A stretch of 64,000 nt of DNA. Source: Cercozoa sp. M6MM (Eukaryota > Protista > Endomyxa: Ascetosporea). The notes beneath the pieces were generated by a model. It was not told the DNA's origin. It searched no databases and saw nothing but the letters and a program-made list of their open reading frames with translations. Positions 1 to 10,975 of this stretch are shown here, in pieces. Within the stretch, counting starts at the first letter, position 1. Each line of letters begins with the position of its first letter. The stretch lies in assembly GCA_040357565.1 (NCBI GenBank), contig JBDODJ010000005.1; one strand, 5' to 3'. The position numbers and the translations under genes are program-made.

Positions 1-25
1 GCGTGTGTTTCTGTATGCGGGCGTA

Positions 26-1351
26 ATGAGTGTTGGTGAGAAGCGCGCTCGCGCGGAGTCAGAACACATTGTGGATGATCCACAAGGAAGGCAAGACAAT
101 GCACAGATGATTGATCTCACGGTCAACTCGCCGCCGCCGGCCAAGCGAAGAAGGCAGATGGAAGTAGCAGCAGCAGCCAGCACGAGTGACATGGACATCG
201 GTAGTGATAGCGACGAAGAAGGCGAGATTGTCGAGCAGGTGAACCAGGCCGTGCGAAAGGGCAGCAGCAACAGCGACAGCGACAGTGACGACGACGTGCA
301 GTCGCTGCTGGCGCGACTCGACGCCGAGATCTCGGCAAAGCAAGCCACGGTGACGAATATTTCTGCGCGTGCCTCGCCGCCCAAAAAGAGCACGCAGGTC
401 TTTCTCAAGAAGAAAGTGACACGGTAGCTTGTGTCATTCCTTTTCTAGCTTTGACTGTGTTCTGTACTATCTCTGTTCTGTACTATCTCTGTTCTGTACT
501 GATTCTGTTCTGTATTGACTGTATTGGTGTGTGTGTGTGTGTGTGTGTGCTAACAGGTACTACCAAGAGAACTCGAGCACAGTGACACCGCTGCCCAAAT
601 GTTTCGCGTGCAACGGACTGGGACACATGCGCGACGAGTGCCCTGTAGCACGCCTTGGCGAGCAGTGCTTCCTGTGCGGCCACCGAGGACACAACAACGA
701 GAGCTGTCCGCAACGCGTGTGTCACAAGTGTCTACGCGAGGGACACAGCGCGAACCAGTGCACGTCTAGACGTGCCGCCAAGGTGGTGCTGTGCATACGC
801 TGCGGCTCGGGTGATCACCAAGTGCACCAATGCGCCGAGGAGCTCTCACGACGCATGCCAGGACTCACGTGCATCACGTGCGGCAAGACTGTACCCTTCC
901 CCTGTGTTACTCCCTCTTATCCGTATCACCTTTTACTCTTTACGTCTTGGGAGTAGGGTCACGCGAACTGCAGCGCCAAGAGTCGAAAGTGCAAGCGCAT
1001 CTGCGCATGTTTCAGCTGCGGCAGTAGGAGGCACACGGTGGCCACATGTCCGCATTTTGAGCCGATGGACCTCCCCACCGTGCTGGCTGGTCTTGCCTCT
1101 GCCTACAACCGTCACAGGAGGCGTACTCTACTTTCTTTGTCTGCTGTCTTCTGTTATCTGATGAAAGCAATGCATTTTTAGCAAGAGGACCGAAACTTTG
1201 CTTCAACTGCAACCAGCCCGGCCACGAGCGTCGCGACTGCCCGAATGCGCTGCGAAGGGCACCGTCCAGAGACTACTACTCGGGCGGCAATCGCAACAAC
1301 CGCGGCTTCAACAACCGCAACGGGCCCTCACGTTACCGTCGGAACCGGTGA
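26..1351 (+). CDS. Multi-CCHC zinc-knuckle protein (Air1/Air2/ZCCHC7-like), 4 exons
   Basis: Acidic N-terminus, then tandem CX2CX4HX4C knuckles: CFACNGLGHMRDEC, CFLCGHRGHNNESC, CHKCLREGHSANQC, CIRCGSGDHQVHQC, CITCGKT|GHANC, CFNCNQPGHERRDC. GT-AG introns at about 424-556, 891-956 and 1123-1181 keep the frame. TGA at 1349-1351. Confidence 0.8.
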
Positions 1352-1642
1352 AACTCGTCGACCTCCAGTACGCTACGGTCCCGTCCGGTCAACGCAACTG
1401 GCAAACGTAAGCGTGGCGAACGCAACTAACTAGCTCGACTAAAGCACTGGTACGTACAGCCAGCGTATCGTGTCGTCACAACATTTTGAACTCGACTGAA
1501 GCGAACGGCGCGACACGACTCAGTCGAGTTCACGCGAGCGAAGGTGCCAGTGCAATTCGTGTGCGTGACAGTGATTCGATTCCAGTTTGACCCAATTCAA
1601 TTGCAATCCGTAAATGAGCTACTAGCTTAGTTGCATCGCAAG

Positions 1643-3017
1643 ATGATCGAATTCCTCCCACTTCGGGTCAGGTCAGAGTCACTGGCAGATGACCGGATTT
1701 GGTTGATTTCGGCCTAACAGCACGGTAAGTATATAAGGAGCTTCAGGACGTTGCCCACAACGAGACCAAGCGCGCACTGCAGTACACTCGACATGAGCAG
1801 GGTTTGCAAACCACAGGGTGCTTCAGTTCTTGCAGCGTGTGTCATTTTGGTTTCCAGCCAGGAGAACATTCTCAGATCGTCAACGACAATGCCAACCTCG
1901 ACGGCGCCGCGGAGCTTGTTGGTGCCCTGTTGGTTGAGCATGAACTCGGAAAACCGGACAGCGACGTTGCTTATGATTCTTTGGTAAGTTATTTTGTCCG
2001 TACCCTGTATTCCCGCAACTCGAATTCTGGCAGGAAATGGAAGTCGACCATCGATTTTCGGTGCAAATATATATATTTATATATATATATATATAGATAT
2101 ATTTCTCATGGGGCAAATATTGCAACTTCGCTGTCAAGCTTTGTATTGTGTGACAGAGTGCGTACGGTGACAAACTGGATTTGTTCCCGCGCAACGTGTG
2201 CGACGGAGCCAAGCTGCTTCAGGTGCGAATGACGAGTGACCTTCAAACTACGTCTGGAGGCAGTCACCGCAAAGTTCTTGAGCTGCTCACGGCACCTCTT
2301 CCAAAGAAGCTTCACCGACGAGGGACCCGTTTTCAGTTCTTGATGTATGCGGAAGGTCAGTCCATGTTTCCTTCCGCTGCTTCCCGGAAGAAGCCACGTT
2401 AAACAAACAGGTGTCCCGGAGGGTGACCAAGTAGCGATCGCGATAGAAACCCTCCTTGCGTATCGACGGTGCGAATACAAAGAAAGTGCAAGCGACAATC
2501 AAAACTCCAAAAAACCCGTTCTCGATGCCATAGTTGCTGCCGCGAAGTGCTTTGGTACTTTAATTTCGCTTGGAGTTTACCCCCCCTTCAAGATTTTGTT
2601 GCAAATAGAGGAGACTGCGGTCGATGCCGTACTATTTGAAGAAAGGTCTGTTGCTTCCTGACCTGCTATCAATTGCAAATAAAAATTTGCTTGTACCAAC
2701 AAATTCAGGTTTCTTTAATTTAGCCCGCAAATGAACAATTTTCTGGCCCACATTGAACGAACAATGCAGCAAGATACTGTAGCGCGATACTGCGGCAGTG
2801 AACACGCAAATGGTTGTGTAAAACGCGCGAAGCTGTTCCAGGAACTGTAAGAAAACTGTCGCTGCCTTGGCGTATGTTTTACGGATCAATACGCTTCTCT
2901 AGCGCAAGCCAAAAGGACAAAAAAGGAGAGCCGATGTATGAAGTGCGTCCGGCATTATGGCTGCCTCATTTCACTGACCTCTGTGGACGCGTCCATCTGA
3001 TCAACAAGGTTTTGTGA
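1643..3017 (+). CDS. Hypothetical multi-exon protein
   Basis: Chain of phase-compatible GT-AG exons (..IVNDNANLDGAAELVGALL.., ..AYGDKLDLFPRNVCDG.., ..PQMNNFLAHIER.., ..GRVHLINKVL*). No recognisable family; the 5' end is uncertain. Confidence 0.5.
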
Positions 3018-3618
3018 CTTTTGTCTTGCAGTTCCATTCACCTTTCGTTCCGAGCAGAAGCATGCCAACCCAGATGGCTTGTTTGTCTTCTCCGATGTCG
3101 ATAGTGCTGTGCATGCTCTTGACCTTCAGGCGCGGTCCCACAGAGCTCATGGACAGCTAGCGGTGCTCGTTGAGGTGCTTGTGCCGCATAAGACACACAC
3201 ACTGTACGCAGAACTAAACTTATTATTAAGTTGATCGCTTCACATGGGACCATTAAAAAGTTGGAAGCAGGTACCGGTCCAACTCGAACTTGAAAAGCAC
3301 GGCGATCGCATTGGTATCAGTGCGTGGCCGATTCGAAATGCGAGGCATGTTCTTGCTCGCCGCGTTCTGTTCCTTGGCAAGCCAGGTCTAACGGTACTCA
3401 GGTCTAACGGTACTCAGGGCATGAGTTACTGTATCTAGAACTTCCTTGCTATGTAGCCGTCCGCATCAATCGCCGATGGCTGGACGTTTTTGTAACTGAA
3501 GTTGGGGACCATGGGCAAACGAGGACCTTAGTTGGAGACTCAGGAAAACATATAATTTCGACTAGTTCAACAAATCGCCAGCCAGTACCCTCTCAACTAT
3601 GACTATTGTGTGTGTGTG

Positions 3619-3673
<55 letters not shown>

Positions 3674-3829
3674 CCCTGATGCCTGCAGTAATCGCAGTGC
3701 AATACTGCCGCGCTGCCCAACGCGACCGACGATCTCAGCTGTAGCGAGAAGTTGCCGTGAACTGAACATTGATATATTCACGTTTAGAGTCAATAAAGTC
3801 AACTTCGTCGGTCCGGCCATAGCGTAAAC

Positions 3830-4024
3830 CGGGTATGGCGGGGTTTTTCGAGGCAAAATCAGAATTAAAAAGAGGTTAAGGGGGTAAGGGGGCTACATGG
3901 GGAGTAAGGGGGTAAGGGGCCCCAAAGGGGGGTAAAGAGGGGAAGGCGGGTTAAGGGTTAAGGGGGTTAAGGGGGTAGGCGTTTGGGGGGTTCGGTTTTG
4001 CCTCGAAAAACCCCGCCATACCCG
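3830..4024. mobile_element. MITE-like element with perfect 29-bp TIRs and a G-run-rich interior
   Basis: CGGGTATGGCGGGGTTTTTCGAGGCAAAA (3830-3858) is the exact reverse complement of 3996-4024. Non-coding interior made of GGGG(T)TAAGGGG-type units. No clean TSD seen. Confidence 0.75.
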
Positions 4025-4229
4025 TGCAAACCAGTCTGAAAATACCATGGCTTCAATTTAAGTAATTCTAAAGACCGAGTGTAGCGTCGAATTTCGTTTT
4101 AAGTTTAGTTGCCGACAGTCCAGCGGCTATCAGTCTGTTGCCGTGGTGGTGAGTGCGTCAAGTGAACGTAGTCCAAGCAGTACGGTGGTTTAAACTCGAT
4201 ACGGGATACGGTGTACTGTACAGCGAAGC

Positions 4230-4688
4230 TCACATCTCCATGTCGCCCTCGTCAATTGGCCCCGAAACGTCAGCCTCGTTCCCTGCAGTTAAAAATAGAC
4301 TGCAAATCCCAACACGACAGACAGGACGGTACTCAACTGAACGGCATTGCAAGGCGCGCAAAAGGTGCCTGTAGTGACAGCACGAAAGATAATATCCAAA
4401 GCTCGACACACGTTGTTGAATTAATTCAATTCAGCATACAGTACCGATGCAAATGTCGGAGCAGCAGGTGCCCTCAATGCCGTAGCCTTCACGAACGATG
4501 TTTCGTGCGACGGGACCCGTGACACAACAGCAGTTGAAGCACCAGTTAGAGCTGTCATAGCGGTTGCGTGCGGACGCGAGGGCACATGGCGTGCACAGGA
4601 AAGAGTACAGACAGACACAAGCACCTGCTGAGCAGCAGCCGCAGAGTCCTGCCGACCACTCCTTAGAGATAACCTTCTTGGGAGACAT
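4230..4688 (-). CDS. PLAC8/cornifelin family Cys-rich protein, 3 exons
   Basis: WSAGLCGCC...CLYSFLCTPC, RNIVREGYGIEGTCCSD, then spliced CAPCNAVQL|RNEADVSGPIDEGDMEM*. These are PLAC8 motifs (WxxGLxxC, RxxYGIxG, CxxCxxxQ). Confidence 0.9.
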
Positions 4689-5039
4689 TTACGCTTGCAC
4701 TCTTTGTACAGATTAAAGCAGGTCTTACACGACAGAATCGTGGACGTTTTGGCTTTGCTTGCTTCTGTTTCTTCCACCCGAAAAACCAAAAACAAGCAAT
4801 GCAGATTATTACTAAAAACAATGCCATTTGAATAGATATACTAAAATAAACAAACCATGTAACTTAAGTGGTTTAAAAATCTGATAAGCGCGTTTTTGTA
4901 GGCCTTGGTGCATTGGCTCACCTGTCACGCATGGAATCGAGTTTCGCCGGAATCAGAAAATTATTGTTTCAAGCCCAAACTGCCAGTTCCCGTGACGAAA
5001 GCTACGTTCTGCAAAACCTGGTGACGTCACAGCAGCACC

Positions 5040-6161
5040 ATGGTAGCACAGATAGAGAATTGGGGCGCAGCTTGCAAAATGGAACTTCTTTTTCTTGTGT
5101 CTTGCATGTGGGGTGTATGTTCTCTGTGCAGTCGCGTCGCTACGACTCGAAAACCACGACCTTCTCGCAGGATGGTCGTATCTACCAGGTCGAATACGCC
5201 ATGCAGGCGATCAACGAGGGCAAGCCCGTGATCGGTATCGTGGCGAGCGATGGTGTCATCCTTGCGGGCGAGGTCCGTTTGCTGCTTCCCTCTGATACGA
5301 AAAGGCAGAGTTAATGTTGTTCATGTGTGCGTAAGCAGAAGATGACGACGTCCAAGCTTTTGGACGACCAGACCATCGCAGACAAGCTGTTCCGTGTGGC
5401 GGATCACTGTGCGGTGGGCATTGCCGGCATCACCAGTGACGCTCGCGTGCTGCTCGAGTACGCTCAGCGCGTCGCGTTGCAGCACGAGTTCCGATTCCAG
5501 GTGAGTTGAGACACGTCGACAAGCCAGTGTCCCTGTTTGTGACTGCTGCCATCTCCTTTTTTGACAGGAGAGTGTGCCAGTCGAGAAAATCATCTCGGTG
5601 GTCGGCGACTACAAGCAGTCCTACACGCAGCACGGCTCGCGACGCCCGTTCGGCGTGAGCTTCGTGCTGGCCGGCTATGACTCGCACTACGGCTTCCAAC
5701 TGTACCAGAGTGATCCCAGCGGCAACTATGGTACCCTTTCTTGTTTTCTTTCCAGCACAGAGAGGTGTGCGTTTGTGCTGTTGCGCAGGCGGTTGGAAGG
5801 CCACGGCCATCGGTCGAAACTGCCAGCAGGCCATGAACATCCTCAAAACTGACTATGACGTCGAGGAGCAGCCAACGCTTCAGCAGGCGCAGTTCCTGGC
5901 GCTCAAGTGTCTCAGCAAGACGATGGACACCGTGAGTCCCACCGCCGAGAAGGGTATCCTTCTCTTTCTCATTGCGTGCTTCTGATGCGAGCATGCTGGT
6001 GTATCATTGATGATGATGTTACTGCAGTGCAAATGGGCGTGCTCAAGCTCGTCGAAGGCCGACCGACGTGGCGAACGCTCGTGGCCGACGAGGTGGCCAA
6101 GCTCATCGAGGACAGCAAGGCGCAGCTCGAGGCCGAGGCCGAACAAGCACCGGCCGCGTGA
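5040..6161 (+). CDS. PSMA4: 20S proteasome subunit alpha-3 (alpha type-4), 6 exons
   Basis: M|[66 protein letters not shown]. Five GT-AG introns; the first (5043-5131) follows the ATG directly. Confidence 0.97.
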
Positions 6162-6438
6162 TTGCAATTTCCTACCTTCGCTTGACGTATGTTCAACGTT
6201 AATCCATTCATTAACCGTAAAATTAGTCAACTTTCCGTGCGAGCACGTCGCGTGGAACCAATGGAAACACCATAGCACACAAAACGCTTTGTTTTATTGT
6301 TGTGGCTACAGTACAGTAAAAGTGCTTTCACGGGCGTTTAGCATGTGCGGACGCGTGTTGTTTCAATTTTACAGTAATCTGTGTAGTTATTGGCGCTCTA
6401 GTCTCCGCCTCTGTTCTCTCATTCTTCTGGTCTTCTCG

Positions 6439-7899
6439 ATGATGACTCGAAGTGGCCGCCGTGTCGTGCTGCACGTTGATGTGAACAAGACCATTGTCAT
6501 GGCTGACTCGGCTCAAAATCAGTCGCTGCGAGAAACGCTGAACATGGCACTGGCAGAGACGTGCTACGGCACTGTACGACCTCTTTGCTTTTTGCTTTGC
6601 TGGCACGTCAGGAATGGATATGTTTGCGCATGCAGGTCAACGATGCCGGCGAGTTCGTGTGGAACGGCGAACTCCCGAGTGCTCTCAACGGTCCCGCAAC
6701 ACACACGGATAATGCAATCTCTTACCGCAAGTACAGTTGGCAAGTTTTCCCGGTACCGTGACTGTCGACGTAGTATTTGTTCTATTTGTACTGTGCTGGA
6801 TGCTTTTTTAGGACCCCGAGCCCGGTACGAACTTTGCCGAGTTCAAAAAGGCGAAAAAGGCGCGTCGTCAGCTTACTGGACGTTTCGCAGAGTCGTGTGT
6901 TCTTTTTGCACAAGCGTTGTGCCATTGTGCTGTGGATACATGCAGTGCTTTTGTGACTCAGGGAGGGACCGGCGAGCTCGCTATCGCGGGTGTTGGACAA
7001 GCTCGAGCGAGAGCAAGACGGCATCTTTCTTGCCGACTCTTTTCTGTCGTCGATGTGGCAGCTGCACCAAAGCGACATGTGTTTCTCCGTGATCTTCCGC
7101 ACCTTTGGCGATGACTACGAGGAGGTGGTGTCTGAGTGGAACGATTTCTGTCTCGGCAAGCATCCGCGCTACCCGCAAGTCAGTATGCCGCAGCGGTACC
7201 TCATACATTGTCTGTTCTTTGAAAGTTGCAAGTTAAGTCGTGTCTGTACCTACCACAACAGGGTAGTCGAGAAGGTCGCCGCATGGGAGAGACGCGAGAA
7301 CGATGTGTGGCTGCACACCGACACTGTCGACAACGAGGGCTCTGGTGCATCCAGTACACTGCGCAGTCTGGCCGAGGCTAAGGCATGGTACCTCCGTAAC
7401 ACGGCGGATGGACACTCCCTCTTTGTACAACCTCTTTTGATTTATATATTATATATATCTATAGTTATACACATGGTCGCCTGTTCTGATAGATTCGCGA
7501 TCACTGGTACCCGTGGCGCAAGGCCGGTGAGCGAGCGCACCAAGGCAAAGTGCTTCCTATCGCCGTCGACATGCAGGGTCGTCTGCGTGCGGATGAACCC
7601 GTGCAAATCTTCTTTGACGATAACGTTCAGCCGGGTATGCGTGTGTGCCATGTTCTATGTGCTGTTTTTAAAGCTTCTCGTGTACGCGAGGCTTCTTGTG
7701 TGTTGCAACAGAGAGGGCCAAGATTGTCGACGTTGTGGCAACGCTGCCCAATGGACAGAGACTCTACCAGAAAGACATCTGGCGTCGCTTCTGCATCCGC
7801 GTGGATCCACTCGAGGTTATGACACAGCTGGACTACTTTGACCGTCACGTGCGTCGCGTTGTCGAGCAAGAAACTCAAAGCTCGCCAACTCAAAGCTAG
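6439..7899 (+). CDS. Conserved uncharacterised HAD-like protein
   Basis: RRVVLHVDVNKTIVMAD (HAD-like motif I variant), VIFRTFGDD and QIFFDDNV. Six GT-AG introns; TAG at 7897-7899. Confidence 0.7.
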
Positions 7900-7917
7900 C
7901 CAACTCAAAGCTGCCCG
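7871..7917 (+). repeat. About 15-bp tandem repeat x3 (AACTCAAAGCTNGCC) overlapping the stop codon of the HAD-like gene
   Basis: aactcaaagctcgcc / aactcaaagctagcc / aactcaaagctgccc. Confidence 0.85.
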
Positions 7918-8025
7918 ACTGTATAGACAGTAATCGAATCGAATAATTGAACTGAACGGAATTGGCCCGGTATCCCTTTAACAAAATTGCGATACACGCA
8001 CACGGCACGCGAACCGACAGCAATT

Positions 8026-9574
8026 TTAGAGAACATCAAGTTCTCGGAGTATCTCACTTGTACTTTTCGCCAGTTCCTGTGGATGAAATCATGGTATTCA
8101 TGCGCTCCAAGCAAGATTTATACTACCTGTATGGTCGGGTTTTCATGGTCGTGTGCATGGATTTCCATGATACGCGATAGCTGACTGATGATCGCGGGCG
8201 ATACCTTCAAATGTTCACCAAAATTCAGAGCGTGCCGCACTGTTCTCAAGCATGCCACGCGCACTTCGTCGTCACTGTCATCAAGCCGCTCGATAAGTGC
8301 AGCAAACGTTTCGTCGTTGAAACCACCGCTTTTCGTGCCAGCGCTCTCCTGCGGCAATCCGTCGCGAGGCTTAAACTGCACGTCTTCCACGAAGCCACAC
8401 AAGGCAGCAGTAAGCGAGCGACGCACGGTGACATCGAATGCGTCCATGTTGCGAACCAACGCGTCGAGAAGCACGTGGTCGTGCAAAATATGTTGTCGCA
8501 GCCACGTACTAGACACTGCACGCATCAACGCAACTATTGCCAGACCTTTTGACGACTCACCTCGCAGTGGAATGAGGTTTCGATCAACGGACCACTCGAT
8601 TCCGGGCAAGAAAACTCCTTCGCAAATCAGCTCGAGCTCGCGTTGCCACTCGGAATATGAATTTGTGTCGACACGGCTCTCTTCTTCCAAGCGACTCAAG
8701 AAGAAGTTACACGCAATCAACGCTCTGGTACGATCACGGATGCAGTACTGTGGATCAGCGATCTGCTTGAGCTGTGGCAGAAGTTGCGAAAAGCAGTCTT
8801 TCGCTTCGTCCACCGGAATGAAGCGCAAGAGAATGGCCAGCAAGGGTTCGCCTGCCGCTGCAGCCTCCAGTCGCATGCAATTCCCGACGTCGCGCTGCCT
8901 TCGTGCCCTTTCCTTGAGCAACTCGGCGAAAAAGTCGCTGGCTGGCTCATACTCATCCGATTCAGTGGCACGGTGCTCCTGGAACTGCGTCACATCTCTG
9001 ATGCCGGAGGAGCAAAGAAGAGTAGCCCAGCAATCAAAGCGTGCTGCTAGGGCACAAACAAGATGGCGGAACTGTTCAAGTTCGCTTTTTTTGCTCTCGG
9101 CTAGATCGTCAAACGCCATTGCGCGGAGAAGACGAAGGAAGAAAACTTGAGCCAATCCTTCGTTTTTGCACTGAGTTTCGTTTGCTTCGGAGAGCTTCAC
9201 AAACGACCGTGTCAACTGCAGCAATACCGTTCGCGCCAACGCCCTAACTTCTTCTGATTCGTGCCCAGTCAAGGCATCCAATCGAAGGCACAACAGCAGC
9301 TTTTCGCACAGCGGACTACTTTCCACTGCCGCAGCACAAGCGTGGGCAGTTTGTAACAGTCGATGACAACGGCGAGGGTTTGACAGCATTCCTTCATCGG
9401 CGAATAGCTTTGCCACGCGCTCTTGAATGTCCGAGTGCTGCGCGTACCATAGTTTCATCAAATCAAACGCAGCCGAGGTAACACTCGACTCTTCGGACTG
9501 GCTGAGCAACTGCGTGAGTGGTATGAGCAAGTTGTTGGGCTCTATAGTTAAGACACAGCAAATCTAGCCGATTA

Positions 9575-9639
<65 letters not shown>

Positions 9640-10711
9640 CAAAAGAAAAGCCCTCGCTTCGAATCTTTTCGGCGTTCAGCAAAGCACGGACAGCGAAGTA
9701 CTGCATCTTTGACGTCCAATGGCAAAGACAGTGATGAGCATACTCGACCATCATGCTGTTCATGTTGTCGATATCGGCATAGTCAATGCTGCGCTCATCG
9801 CCAAAGAACAGAAGCAGCAGCCAGTACTGAGCCGGCAGAACGTATCTGTCACTCTCTTGGCTCGAGTCCGACAGTGAGAGGCTGTCATCGCTCTCGTTCA
9901 ACGTCGCTAAGCGCCTGTAGTTGTCGAGGAAACAGCAGGCAATTCGACAAATGCGGTCGCGAATGTCCAGCCGCGTGTCACCGATTTGAGCGAGCAGCGC
10001 ACCAAACAAGCTGCACGATATCTCATAACTCCGCAAAATCTCCGCCATAAGTGTCGAAACGATGTCCATGCCATGTCGTCGAATGCGAACTCGCCGGTGA
10101 GTCAGCAAAGGCAAAATGGCTTTGCAGAGGATTTTGACTTTTGACTCTTCGATTTCGTCTTCGAGCACATCACATCCACGGAGGATAGTAGCAACTTTGG
10201 TTGTTAAGTTCATTGCTTCAAAGACAACGTCAGGACATTTATCCTTCAGCCCAGCTGCGACGATGGCCGCAAGCAGCTGGCACATTGCGCCTGCATCTTG
10301 ATCCTCAAACTGGCCAGTTACGGTGGGCGACTCGACACTCACAAAAGCAGCGAGGCAGTTCATCGCACACATTCGAATTTCTTCCACAAAATCAGCGGAT
10401 TCGCCTCGCTCGGTTTCGCCGTTGACATCACACCTGACGCCAAAACACCGGGCCAGAAGCGACAAAAAGTCATTTGTGGCCGCCGCATCGACCGAACAAC
10501 ACCCGCTGCGAAACCCGTCCTCGAGCAAGCGCCAGGTCCGCTCTCGCACGAAATCGCGTGACGATGAAAGCAAAGTATCAACACAGCGTAACAGATCGTA
10601 ATTGAGGGTCACGACATCGCGTTCACTCCATGCAGGAGCTCTGCTCGCGAAACTCGAAACCGTCGAAGCGGCGTCTGGAGCGCGTGCTAACTTCGTTAGA
10701 AAAGCCCGCAT
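8026..10711 (-). CDS. DNAAF5: HEAT-repeat dynein axonemal assembly factor 5 (HEATR2)-like
   Basis: Long helical ORFs with segments resembling DNAAF5: EEIRM, GLKDKCPDV, LPLLTHRRVRIR, FLPGIEW..R...LR, LIERLDDSDDEVR. A (CA)n intron at about 9543-9639 and a short last intron; TAA at 8026-8028. Confidence 0.65.
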
Positions 10712-10975
10712 CGTGATATTACCCGATGTCTGCGTTCTAAGCTTCAATCCATTACCCAAATCAAGTGCTTTCAGTTCATTTTCTTTTCATTTCGCCTTTC
10801 CGCGTGGACAAGACAAATGGAAAAGGCTTCACTGGCAGATCAACTGACGGGCACGGCAATCCATATAAGATTCCGTTTTAACGTGCTCACTGGTCTTTCT
10901 AGGAGCGACAGCCACAGGCACTGCTCTAAACCTACGTGACAATCCTAAACCGAAAAAATCTAAGATATTTTATTT

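Noticed and set aside
5040-5131. First coding exon of PSMA4 encoding only Met
   Set aside because: Introns directly after the start codon are common and not novel.
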